Shown here: positions 18,455 to 29,000 of the stretch, one piece after another
Layout: each line of letters opens with the position of its first letter
Position numbering within the stretch: position 1 is the stretch's first letter
Source of the DNA: an uncultured delta proteobacterium
GTDB taxonomy: Bacteria > Desulfobacterota > Binatia > Binatales > Binataceae
DNA: 64,000 nt
Direction: 5' to 3'
Assembly (NCBI GenBank): GCA_963765675.1
Contig: CAVXXK010000001.1
Coordinates: forward strand, 1,344,001 to 1,408,000
The notes under the pieces: model-generated
Database searches by the model: none
What the model saw: the letters and a program-made list of their open reading frames with translations, nothing else
Told to the model about the DNA's origin: nothing
Program-made: the position numbers and the translations under genes

Positions 18455-19893
18455 CACGCCGCCGCTTAAGTTTCACTCTTTGCGCCCTCGCGATCGCCGC
18501 CGCAGCGCCGATGCTGTTAGCTGCCAGCCGCGCGCACGCCGAGTCCGTATCGCCCGCGATCCCGTTCGATCAATCGCTCAACCTTGCGTGGGTGCTGATC
18601 GCCGGGTTTCTCGTGATGTTCATGCAGGTCGGCTTTGCGATGGTCGAAACCGGTTTCACGCGATCGAAAAACGCGGTCAACACAATGGCGATGAACCTGA
18701 TCATCTATCCGATCTGCGTGATCGGATTCTGGCTCACCGGCTATGGGTTCATGATGGGCGGCGTACATGAGTGGCCCTCGCTCGGTTCGGCCCAGATTGG
18801 GCATCACGAACTCGCGCTCACGATCGGCAGCCATGCATGGGGGATCCTGGGCTTCAGCAAATTCTCTCTCGCCAGCGTCAGCCACGATCCCACGAGCCTC
18901 GCGATGTTTTTGTTCGCGGTCGTGTTCATGGACACCGCCGCGACTATCCCGACCGGCGCGATGGCCGAGCGGTGGAAGTTCTCCGCGTTTTTCATTTACG
19001 GATTTTTCATCTCGATGTTCCTGTATCCGCTATATGGCAACTGGGTGTGGGGCGGAGGATGGCTCTCGCAGCTCGGCGTCAACCTGGGCCTGGGACACGG
19101 CCACGTCGATTTCGCCGGCTCATCGGTGGTTCACATGACGGGCGGAGTAGTCGCGCTGGCCGGAGTGATCGTGCTCGGGCCGCGCATCGGAAGATTTCGG
19201 CGCGACGGCGCTATCGGCGCGCTTCCCGGACACAACCTGCCGATGGCGGTAGTGGGAACGCTGATCCTGGCCTTCGGATGGTTCGGGTTCAACGCCGGCT
19301 CAACGCTGGCCGCGACCGACTCGCGGATCGGCGTGATCGCGGTGAACACGATGCTCTCGTCGTCGTCGGGAGCGCTCGCCGCGCTCATCTACCTGTGGCA
19401 TCGCTACAAAAAGCCGGACATCGCGATGGCGTGCAACGGCCTGCTCGGCGGATTGGTCGCGATCACGGCGCCGTGCGCATTCGTTACTCCGTCGGCGGCG
19501 GTATTGATCGGGATCATCGCGGGACTCGTGGTGGTCGCGGCGGTGATCGAGCTCGAGCGGCGCTTCAGGCTCGACGATCCGGTCGGAGCGATCGCGGTGC
19601 ACGGCGCGTGCGGATTATGGGGATCGCTCGCGCTCGGAATCTTTGCCGACGGCAGCTACGGCGAGGGATGGAACGCGGTGGCGGGTCCCGTGCGGGGCCT
19701 GCTCTACGGCGACCCCGGGCAATTCGTTGCTCAGCTTATCGGTGTCACCGTGAACATCGTCGTGATATTCGGACTAGCATGGATCTTCTTCACCATAATC
19801 GAGCGAACGATGGGAAATAGGGTGTTGGCGGAAGTGGAGTGGTCGGGGCTCGATGCGCTTGAAATGGGCAGCGAAGCATATCCGCACGTCTGA
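18451..19893 (+). CDS. amt: Ammonium transporter (Amt family)
   Basis: FMQVGFAMVETG, DFAGSSVVH, FGWFGFNAGS, DDPVGAIAVH (twin His intact), GLD..E.G..AY tail; ATGA overlap with kinase. Confidence 0.95.
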   Translation: MTRRRLSFTLCALAIAAAAPMLLAASRAHAESVSPAIPFDQSLNLAWVLIAGFLVMFMQVGFAMVETGFTRSKNAVNTMAMNLIIYPICVIGFWLTGYGFMMGGVHEWPSLGSAQIGHHELALTIGSHAWGILGFSKFSLASVSHDPTSLAMFLFAVVFMDTAATIPTGAMAERWKFSAFFIYGFFISMFLYPLYGNWVWGGGWLSQLGVNLGLGHGHVDFAGSSVVHMTGGVVALAGVIVLGPRIGRFRRDGAIGALPGHNLPMAVVGTLILAFGWFGFNAGSTLAATDSRIGVIAVNTMLSSSSGALAALIYLWHRYKKPDIAMACNGLLGGLVAITAPCAFVTPSAAVLIGIIAGLVVVAAVIELERRFRLDDPVGAIAVHGACGLWGSLALGIFADGSYGEGWNAVAGPVRGLLYGDPGQFVAQLIGVTVNIVVIFGLAWIFFTIIERTMGNRVLAEVEWSGLDALEMGSEAYPHV

Positions 19894-20779
19894 GCGGACG
19901 ATCGTCCGGATCGCGGCCGGATTGGCGATCGCACTGTGGATCGTGAGTTCGGCGGCTGCCGCGCACGCACAGGTCGGTGCGCGCGACTTTCCGGACACAC
20001 TGGTCACGCAGGATCCAGATCCCTCTAACGAACTGGATCTGCTGCCTGGAATGGCGAGCAGCAATGGCCAGAACAGTTTCTCGTTCTCCTTCGAGTTCGA
20101 GAAAAAGATCAGCGAGAACACCAGCATCCAGCTCTCCGAGGCGATCAACGATCCTCTGAGACGAAGGCTGCGCTCCAGCACCGGTCTATCGAACCTCCAG
20201 ATTCTGCCGAAGTGGGCATTCTTCGCGTCCGACGAGCATGAATTGAGACTCGCGATCGGTTTGCAGATCGATGCCCCGACTGGCGAAATCTCGGCCGGCG
20301 CCGACGGCCATACGCGCGGCGGACCTCTGCTGATGCTCGCAAAAGGAATGGGCGATCTGAGCTCGAAAGGTCCGCTGTTTTATCTGCGCCCGTTCGCGAT
20401 TCAGGCCGACGCCGGATATGTGCCGACCTGGAATGGCTACGAGAGCGATCTCGGGGAGGCGGACGTGGCGCTGTCGTACTCGATGCCATACCTGGCGGCG
20501 TCGGAAGATTCCGTTTTGCGCGTACCGATCATTTCGCGGCTGGTGCCGATCGTCGAGTTCAACTATCAGCAAATCCTCGACGGACGCGCTAACAAGACGC
20601 CGCCAGAATTCCTGATCACGCCGGAGCTCGGCTACCAGTCCGATGCGTATCAGATCACGGTCGGCGGACAGTTCGGGCTAAATGGATACGGTCAAAGCCA
20701 GGAAAAGTCGGCGATAGTCGGAATGCTAAGTCTCTACCTGACCCATTTCATCCCCGAGCTGCGCTGGACCCCGTTCTGA
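19853..20779 (+). CDS. Secreted protein, putative outer-membrane beta-barrel
   Basis: Signal peptide ending AHA, alternating beta-strand pattern, terminal Phe; start uncertain (overlaps amt). Confidence 0.6.
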   Translation: MRLKWAAKHIRTSERTIVRIAAGLAIALWIVSSAAAAHAQVGARDFPDTLVTQDPDPSNELDLLPGMASSNGQNSFSFSFEFEKKISENTSIQLSEAINDPLRRRLRSSTGLSNLQILPKWAFFASDEHELRLAIGLQIDAPTGEISAGADGHTRGGPLLMLAKGMGDLSSKGPLFYLRPFAIQADAGYVPTWNGYESDLGEADVALSYSMPYLAASEDSVLRVPIISRLVPIVEFNYQQILDGRANKTPPEFLITPELGYQSDAYQITVGGQFGLNGYGQSQEKSAIVGMLSLYLTHFIPELRWTPF

Positions 20780-20870
20780 AAGCGGCGCGAGACTTGACGC
20801 CGATTTCCTGCATCTGCGATAGCAATTTCATAACAACGCATTTCGCGCGAGCGCACGGAGGGTTGGTTTC

Positions 20871-21677
20871 ATGGCCTACAGCGATATTCTTTATGAAAAG
20901 CACGACAAAATCGCGACGATAACGATCAATCGTCCGCATGCGATGAATTCCGGCACGATTCGGACCTGGGCCGAGATCGGCCAGGCGTTCGGCGAAGCCG
21001 AGCACGACGCATCGGTGCACGTGGTCGTGATCACCGGAGCGGGCCGCGCATTTTGTGCCGGCGACGACGTAAAGGAAATTTTCCTCAATCCCGAATTTCG
21101 CGACGCCAAGCCCTCCAAGCGCACCGAGGTCGAGGAGTGGCGCACGCATCAGCCGGTCGCGCTGGATTTCCTCGTCACCTACCCGAAGCCGACCATCGCG
21201 TCGGTCAACGGCGCCGCCGTCGGCTACGGATGCGATATCGCGCTGATGTGCGACATGCGTATCTGCTCGGACCAGGCGCGCTTTGGCGAGGTCTTCATCC
21301 GCCGCGGCTTGATTCCCGAAGCGGGCGGCTTGCTTGTGCTGCCGCGCCTGGTCGGTCTTGCGCGCGCGTACGAGCTGATCTTGAGCGGTGACATTATCGA
21401 CGCGAACGAAGCCGAGCGAATCGGGATGGTGAACAAGGTCGTGCCGCACGCGCAGCTCGGCGAGGCGACGGCGGCGTTCGCACAGAAGATCGCAGCGCAG
21501 GCGCCCTTGGCGCAGCGCCTTGCCAAGGAAGCGTTGCGGGTCGGCTTGAATCTTAATCTGCCATATTTTTTCGACTATCAGCGCCATGGACAGAGAATGA
21601 TGCTAACCTCGCAAGATCATTTGGAAGGCGCCAAGTCGTTCGTCGAGAAGCGCGCCGCCAATTTCAAGGGAGAATAG
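20871..21677 (+). CDS. Enoyl-CoA hydratase/isomerase (crotonase) family
   Basis: ITINRPHAMN, AFCAGDD, PKPTIASVNGAAVGYG. Confidence 0.92.
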   Translation: MAYSDILYEKHDKIATITINRPHAMNSGTIRTWAEIGQAFGEAEHDASVHVVVITGAGRAFCAGDDVKEIFLNPEFRDAKPSKRTEVEEWRTHQPVALDFLVTYPKPTIASVNGAAVGYGCDIALMCDMRICSDQARFGEVFIRRGLIPEAGGLLVLPRLVGLARAYELILSGDIIDANEAERIGMVNKVVPHAQLGEATAAFAQKIAAQAPLAQRLAKEALRVGLNLNLPYFFDYQRHGQRMMLTSQDHLEGAKSFVEKRAANFKGE

Positions 21678-21710
21678 TTAGTTCGTAGCATTTCGGGAGG
21701 ACCGGGGAAG

Positions 21711-23927
21711 ATGAAGGGTCGGGATTTGTGCGTTATCGCATTCGTATTCGTTTGTGCGGCATGTGGTGGAAGTTCAGGAGGGAGCAGCGGCGGACCGAAA
21801 CCGCAGCCGATCAACCAGACAGTTCAAGTCCCCGGCCTGATGACGACCGGCCGATTCACCAAGGCGGTAACGCTCACTTCCGGTGACGTGCTCGAGGTGG
21901 CAGGCTTCGGCTCGCTTCAGGCCGTCATTCTCGCGTCCAGCGAGATCTATCATCCGCAGACGGACACCTTTTCCGTGGTCTCGAATCAATTGCCAATCCC
22001 GGCCACTCGGCTGTGCCTCGCGGCGTTAAACGACGGCACCGCGCTTGAGATCGGCGGCCAGGGCAGCAATGGCAACGCCCTGCTGCAGACCGAGGTTTAC
22101 AATCCCGCGTCCAACAGCTTCGCGCCAACCACTGGCGCAATGAACGATGCCCGCTACGGATGCACCGCCACGACGCTTTCAGATGGAACCGTGCTGATCG
22201 CAGGAGGCAACGACAGTTCCGGCGACGGCATCGACACTGCCGAGATTTACGATCCTGCCTCGGGAACTTTCTCGTACACGGGCGATATGCTCTCGCCGCG
22301 CTCGTTCCATTCCGCGGTGCTGTTGGCCAGCGGCGAGGTTTTGCTCGCGGGCGGCCTGAATGGGACTACCCTGCTCTCCAGCGCCGAGCTTTACGATCCC
22401 ACGAGCAAAACGTTTACCGCGACCGCGGGTCCACTCAACACCGCCCGCGAAGATTTTGGGGCGGTTCTCCTGAGCGACGGGCGCGTGCTTCTGGCCGGAG
22501 GGGCGGGCGCGGCGGGAAGCCTCGACACGGCGGAGCTGTACGACCCCAACGCTTCAACCTTCAGCTTCACCGCAAACAATATGAGTGACGCGAGAAGAAC
22601 GCCGTCGGTCGCGGCGCTTTCCAATGGAAATGCGATCGTTGGGGGCGGAAGCAGCAGCTTTCCGAATCAGACCCCGATCGCCAGTTGCGATTTGTTCGAC
22701 GCAGCCAACAATACTTTCTCGCCAACCGCTCCGCTCCATATTGGGCGGATGGAGGCGGCCGCCGTGGTTTTGCCCGGCGGCTCGCCGCTAATTCTTGGCG
22801 GGATTGACTTTCAGGGAACCTCCGGCGGGAACTACGAACCTAGCGGAGAAATCTACGATCCGACCGCTGCAACTTTCACCGTGACAGGCGGCCTCAACTC
22901 GCTTCGGATCGCGTACGCGTCGGCGCGGCTCGACAATGGCGAAGTCCTCATCGCGGGCGGCGCCACCCAGAGCGGGCCGCTCGCGACGGCTGAGGTGTTT
23001 GATCCCTCGACGGGGTATTTCACACCCACCGCGAACAATCTGGACGTAGCCCGCGTATCGCTGAACGCGGTCACGCTTCCCAGCGGCAAGGTGTTGATCG
23101 ACGGAGGCAGCACGGGCACCACCGCCGAGCTCTTCGATCCGGCGACCATGAGCTTTGCGCTCACCGGCTCGATGACCGCGGCACGCTCCGTGGCGACGGC
23201 GACACTGCTTAACGATGGCACGGTTCTGATCGCTGGCGGACTCGATCTGGGCGGCGACTCGCTCGATACGGCGGAGATCTATAATCCGAAAACCGCAACC
23301 TTCACCGCGACCAGCGGGGTGATGACGACGCCGCGCGCACTCCACACTGCGACATTGCTCAAGAATGGTGAAGTGCTGCTCGCAGGCGGCAGCACCAGCT
23401 CCGATTTTTCCGACGTACTCGATACCGCGGAAATCTACAATCCCAAGACTCAGACGTTTACCGCAACTGCCGGAACGATGACCTCGCTGCGTGCGAGCGC
23501 GACCGCAAATCTGCTCAAAAACGGCCAGGTTCTGATTGCCGGCGGAGCGATCGCCAACGGCAGCTCGCTCGCCAGCGCCGAGTTGTTCGATCCGGCGACC
23601 GGCCAGTTCACGGCGACTTCGGGATCGATGAGCAATTCGCGCGTCTTCCAGTCCTCGGTCAGTTTGCCGAATGGAGAAGTAATGATCGCGGGCGGAAGTA
23701 TCGGGACATTCAGCGGAGTGATCTCATACACATCGGTGGCTACCGTGGATTTTTACGATCCATCATCGCAACAGTTCGTTCCAGCGGTACCGATGATCTC
23801 GCCACGCGATTTCTTTGTCGCCACTTTGCTGACCTCGGGAAAAGTATTGCTTCCCGCAGGCCGGGTAACCAGCCCGACGGGTGTCGGTACCGCGGCGCTC
23901 GAGACCGCCGAGATTTACACGCCGTAA
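21711..23927 (+). CDS. Kelch-repeat beta-propeller lipoprotein
   Basis: Lipobox-like CAAC followed by GS linker; 14 repeats ending E-[IL]-[YF]-[DN]-P with VLIAGG cores. Confidence 0.85.
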   Translation: MKGRDLCVIAFVFVCAACGGSSGGSSGGPKPQPINQTVQVPGLMTTGRFTKAVTLTSGDVLEVAGFGSLQAVILASSEIYHPQTDTFSVVSNQLPIPATRLCLAALNDGTALEIGGQGSNGNALLQTEVYNPASNSFAPTTGAMNDARYGCTATTLSDGTVLIAGGNDSSGDGIDTAEIYDPASGTFSYTGDMLSPRSFHSAVLLASGEVLLAGGLNGTTLLSSAELYDPTSKTFTATAGPLNTAREDFGAVLLSDGRVLLAGGAGAAGSLDTAELYDPNASTFSFTANNMSDARRTPSVAALSNGNAIVGGGSSSFPNQTPIASCDLFDAANNTFSPTAPLHIGRMEAAAVVLPGGSPLILGGIDFQGTSGGNYEPSGEIYDPTAATFTVTGGLNSLRIAYASARLDNGEVLIAGGATQSGPLATAEVFDPSTGYFTPTANNLDVARVSLNAVTLPSGKVLIDGGSTGTTAELFDPATMSFALTGSMTAARSVATATLLNDGTVLIAGGLDLGGDSLDTAEIYNPKTATFTATSGVMTTPRALHTATLLKNGEVLLAGGSTSSDFSDVLDTAEIYNPKTQTFTATAGTMTSLRASATANLLKNGQVLIAGGAIANGSSLASAELFDPATGQFTATSGSMSNSRVFQSSVSLPNGEVMIAGGSIGTFSGVISYTSVATVDFYDPSSQQFVPAVPMISPRDFFVATLLTSGKVLLPAGRVTSPTGVGTAALETAEIYTP

Positions 23928-23930
23928 CTG

Positions 23931-25158
23931 ATGAGGAACGCCATGAATCGACGGACTCTACTCGCGCTCGTACTCCCTCTGATCGTTGCGGCATCCGCAC
24001 CAGCGTATGCGGCAGAATCCGCGGCGGTCGCGAAGCGCGCGGCGATTCTGGCGCCGGCCAATCGCGCCCAGGCGTTTCGCACCATGGATCAGGTATTCCC
24101 CTATCACGTCATTGCGCGGGGCGGACCGGTCGCCGCGTTGCCGGGCGGGGGACAAAAGCTAGAAGTCGTCTACAATTTCAAGGGCAAGCGCCGGACTCTG
24201 GACGATTTACTCACGCGCTCGCGCACTCAGGGGTTCCTGGTAATCAAGGACGGCACGATCGTCGATGAGCGTTACTTCAATGGCGCTGACGGCAATACCA
24301 AGTTCACTTCGTGGTCGGTCGCCAAGTCCTTCACCTCGACGCTGGTCGGCCTTGCGCTGGCCGACGGCAAGATCAAAAGCCTCGATGATCCGGTGACCGA
24401 TTATCTTCCCGAGCTGAAAGGCTCAGGTTACGACGGGGTACCGATCAAAGATCTTCTGGAAATGTCGTCCGGAGTGAAGTTCACCGAGGACTACGGCGAC
24501 AACAAGTCCGACGTCCAGATCATGTGGAACAAGACCATGACGCAGCAGTCGGAGACTCTCGACGAGTACGCGAAGACGCTGCGGCCGCGCCGAAAAGCCC
24601 GGCACCAAGTTCGTCTATCGCAGTGTCGATACTGCTGTGCTCGGGCTACTCGTCAAGCGCGTGACTGGTATGCCGATGGCCACGATGCTGTCGGAACGTA
24701 TCTGGAAGCCACTCGGGATGGAGCAGGACGCGACCTGGCTCACCGACGGCCCGGGACCAGACGCAACCGAGGCTGGCTATTGCTGTATCAATGCGACCCT
24801 GCGCGACTACGGCCGCTTCGGATTGCTGTTTTTGCACGACGGTAAAATTGGCGACAAGCAGATTGTTCCCGCGTCGTGGATCAAGGCCGCGACCAATCCG
24901 CAAGGTCCGCAAGTCGGATGGGGCAAATTGTTCCCGGGAGATCCTGGCGCATACGGTTATCAGTGGTGGCTCATCTATCCGGGTGAAGGCCACGCCTACT
25001 CCGCTGAGGGTGTGTTCTTTCAGTTCATCTATGTGAGCCCCAAGTACAACATGGTGATCGTCAAGACCAGCGCGTACGATGATTTCTGGGATGATCAACT
25101 TGGTATTGAGCAACTCGTCGCGTTCGACGCAATCGGGCAGGTTCTGAGTAAGCACTGA
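23931..25158 (+). CDS. Serine hydrolase, beta-lactamase class C/NylB-like; frameshifted near 24585
   Basis: Signal peptide, SWSVAKS (SxxK) in the first ORF; PGTKFVYRS...YGYQWW continue in another frame (24637-25158 ORF). Confidence 0.8.
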
Positions 25159-25410
25159 GCGCGCGAGCTTCGCCGTCTGCCACTCTCAGCGCGTCGCAAA
25201 CAGCAGTGTCAATTTGCGCGTCATTGCGTCTCGTATCTCGCAACTTAATGCCATAGGTAACATGTCGGAGCAGATAGACTTCCAGCCTATCAGGCGCAAT
25301 TTGCGCAGCGATTAGTGAGGCAGAGAGGCGTCGGTGCCTCAAGGAAATCGGATCGGCGGGCTCTGTATTGCATAAAATAATGTTTTATTGATGTTCACCC
25401 TTTGTTATCC

Positions 25411-25439
25411 TTGACACAATCCTGTTTTCCCATTACCTT
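25411..25439 (+). promoter_or_regulatory. sigma70-type promoter of lrp-gltBD
   Basis: TTGACA-N17-TACCTT; AT-rich dyad ATAAAA-N5-TTTTAT at 25372-25388 upstream. Confidence 0.6.
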
Positions 25440-25465
25440 CGTCAAATCCCAGTGAGGATTGCCTT

Positions 25466-26032
25466 ATGAAATTAGGTGGCGATATTCCCGAGCTCGACGC
25501 CATCGACCTGCAGATTCTGAACATCCTGCAGAACAACGGCCGAATTGCGCATGTCAAGCTCGCCGAACAGGTTGGACTCTCCGCGCCGTCGGTGATCGAA
25601 CGCGTCAAGAAGCTCGAAGACAGCGGCGTCATCTGCGGCTATCACGCCGCGCTCGATGCGCGCCGTCTCGCCAAGGACGTGACCGCATTCATCGGCGTCT
25701 CGATCGCGCATCCGAAAACTATCAGGCTCTTCGAACAGAGCGTCGATCTGCTCGACGACGTTCTTGAGTGTCATCACGTCACGGGTCAGCACACGATTCT
25801 CCTGAAGATCAAAACCGACAACACTTCGTCGCTCGAGCGGCTCATCAGCGCGATCCGCTCGATCGAGGGAGTGGCGCGGACGGAGACGATGGTGGTGCTT
25901 TCGACCCATACCGAGCGCAGCCAGATCGCGGTGCATTCCAACGGCGAGGCGACCGAGCCGGGCAACGGCCACGGCCGCCGCAGCCGTCACGCGCCGAAGC
26001 CGGTTGCGCTCCCTGACCCGAGACGGATGTGA
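25466..26032 (+). CDS. Lrp/AsnC family transcriptional regulator
   Basis: LDAIDLQILNILQNNGR HTH, GLSAPSVIERVKKLE, ECHHVTG. Confidence 0.93.
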   Translation: MKLGGDIPELDAIDLQILNILQNNGRIAHVKLAEQVGLSAPSVIERVKKLEDSGVICGYHAALDARRLAKDVTAFIGVSIAHPKTIRLFEQSVDLLDDVLECHHVTGQHTILLKIKTDNTSSLERLISAIRSIEGVARTETMVVLSTHTERSQIAVHSNGEATEPGNGHGRRSRHAPKPVALPDPRRM

Positions 26033-26035
26033 GCC

Positions 26036-29000
26036 ATGCACAATCGGAGCAGTCTTCCCGAGCGCGAAGGCCTATATGATCCCGCACATGAGCACGACGC
26101 ATGCGGAGTCGGTTTCGTCGTCAACATAAAGGGCGAGCGTTCGCATGAGATCGTCGCGAAGGCACTGCAAGTCCTCGATAACCTGACGCATCGGGGCGCC
26201 TGCGGATGCGATCCGACCTCCGGCGACGGCGCCGGAGTGCTGGTTCAGATTCCCCACGAATTCTTGAAGCACGAAGCGATCAAATGTGGCTTCGATCTTC
26301 CGGCTCCTGGCAAATACGGAGTCGGCCAGGTTTTCCTGCCGCTCGAGGCCAACAAGCGCGCTGCGTGCGAAGCCGCCTTCGAGAAAATCGTGCGTGAGGA
26401 AGGGCAGCACGTCCTCGGATGGCGCACCGTCCCGGTAGTCCCCAGCGCGTGCGGCGAGATCGCGCGGCGCGGCCTGCCCGAGGTGCGGCAGGTGTTCATC
26501 GGACCCGGCGCCGGCGTCGCCGATCAAGAGGCGCTCGAGCGCAAGCTCTATGTAATCCGCAAGCGCGCGTTCCACGCGATCGAGTCTCTCGGGTTGGCAG
26601 GACAGGAGCTATTTTATTTCTGCTCGCTCTCCACCCTGACGATTGTTTACAAGGGCCAACTGATCTCGCATCAGATCCCGAAGTTCTATCCCGACTTGCT
26701 TGATCCTGCGTTCGCCAGCGCGCTCGCGATGGTGCATCAGCGCTTTTCGACCAACACCTTTCCGTCGTGGGATCGGGCGCATCCGTTCCGCTTCCTCTCT
26801 CACAACGGTGAGATAAATACGCTGCGTGGAAATGAAAACTGGATGCATGCGCGGCAGATGATGTTCTCGTCGCCGCTTTTCGGCGCGGATATCACCAAGC
26901 TGCCGCCGATCGTCGAGCCGACCCAGACCGACTCTGCCAAGTTCGACAACGTGCTCGAACTGCTGGTACGTACCGGGCGCCCGATCGCTCACGCTGTGAT
27001 GATGATGATCCCGGAGGCGTGGCAGAACGATCCGCTGATGAGCGCGAACAAGCGCGCGTTCTATGAATTTCACGCCTCGATGATGGAGCCGTGGGACGGC
27101 CCCGCCTCGATCGCTTTTACTGACGGCGTTCGAATCGGCGCGGTGCTCGATCGCAACGGCCTCCGTCCCTCGCGCTACCTCGTTACGAAGGACGGGCTGG
27201 TCGTAATGGCGTCGGAGACGGGCGTGCTCGATATCCCGCCCGAGCAGGTCGCGCGCAAGGGCCGCCTGCAACCCGGAAAGATGTTCCTGGTCGATACCGC
27301 TCTCGGGCGGATCGTTCAGGATGAGGAAATCAAGAACGGCTTTGCCGCGCGCCAGCCGTATCGCGCTTGGCTGGATGAAAATCTGATCAAGCTCGAAGAG
27401 CTGCCCGCGCCGCCGAGCGCACCCGCGATCGCCGGATTCGAGGGGATGGATCTGCTCAAGCAGCAGCAAGCCTTCGGCTACTCGATCGAGGATCTGAAAC
27501 TGATTCTCGCGCCGATGGCGGTGAATGCGCAGGAGCCGGTGGGCTCGATGGGCACCGACACGCCGCTTGCGGTGCTCTCGGACAAGGCGCCGCCGCTGTT
27601 CAACTACTTCAAGCAACTCTTTGCGCAGGTGACGAATCCACCGATCGATCCGATTCGCGAAGAATTGGTGACCTCGGCCGAAACGACGATCGGCTCCGAG
27701 CAGAACCTGTTCGAGGAGTCGCCGGCGCATTGCCGCCAGCTACGGCTCAAGACGCCCATCATCACCAACGAAGAACTCGAGCAGATTAAACGCCTGGCCG
27801 AGCCGGGCCTGCGCGCGATTACGCTGCCAACGCTGTTTCGGGTGTGCGACGGCGAAGCCGGCCTGCGCTCCGCGCTCGATGATTTGTGCGCCAAGGCGTC
27901 AAAAGCGATCGCGGACGGATTCACGATTATCGTGCTGTCGGATCGCGGAGTGAATTCCGAGTTCGCGGCGCTCCCGAGCCTGCTTGCGACGGCCGGCGTG
28001 CATCATCATCTGATTCGCGAGGGCACGCGCACGCGGTGCGGTATCGCGGTCGAATCCGGCGAGCCGCGCGAGGCGATGCATTGCTGCCTTCTCGCCGGAT
28101 ATGGTGCAGGCGCGATCAATCCCTACCTCGCGTACGCGACGCTTGCCGGGATGATCGAAGACGGACGCCTGCCTGATCTCGACGAGGACACCGCCGTCCA
28201 CAATTTCATCAAGGCTGCCACCAAGAGCATGATCAAGGTGGCGTCGAAGATGGGAATCTCTACGATTCAGAGCTATCGCGGCGCGCAAATCTTCGAAGCA
28301 ATCGGCCTCTGCCGCGAGGTGATCGACAAGTACTTCACCTGGACCGCCTCGCGCGTCGGCGGAGTCGGCCTCGATACGATCGCGCGCGAGACTTCTGCGC
28401 GTCATCGCCACGCATTCGAGATGCAACCGAATCTCGACGGCGAGCTCGACGCCGGCGGCTTCTACCAGTGGCGCCGCCGCGGCGAGTTCCATATGTACAA
28501 TCCCAACACGATCGCGAAGCTGCAGCATTCCGTGCGCTCCGGCAACTACCGGCTGTTCAAGGAATACTCGCGGCTGGTCGATGAGCAGAGCCGCAACCTC
28601 GCGACGCTGCGCTCGCTGCTTAAGTTCAAATTCGAGCGGCCGCCGGTTCCGATCGAGGAAGTCGAGCCGGCCACGGAGATCGTCAAGCGCTTCAAGACCG
28701 GCGCGATGTCATTTGGATCGATCGGCAAGGAAGCGCACGAAAATCTCGCGATCGCGATGAACCGGCTGGGGGGCAAGAGCAATACCGGCGAAGGCGGCGA
28801 AGATCCCGCCCGATTCGAGCCCGATCCAAATGGTGATTGGCGCCGTAGCGCGATCAAGCAGGTTGCATCGGCGCGCTTCGGAGTGACCAGCCACTATCTG
28901 GTCAACGCCGACGAGCTTCAGATTAAAATGGCTCAGGGAGCCAAGCCGGGAGAAGGCGGCCAACTGCCGGGACATAAGGTCGACGACTTCATCGCGAAGA

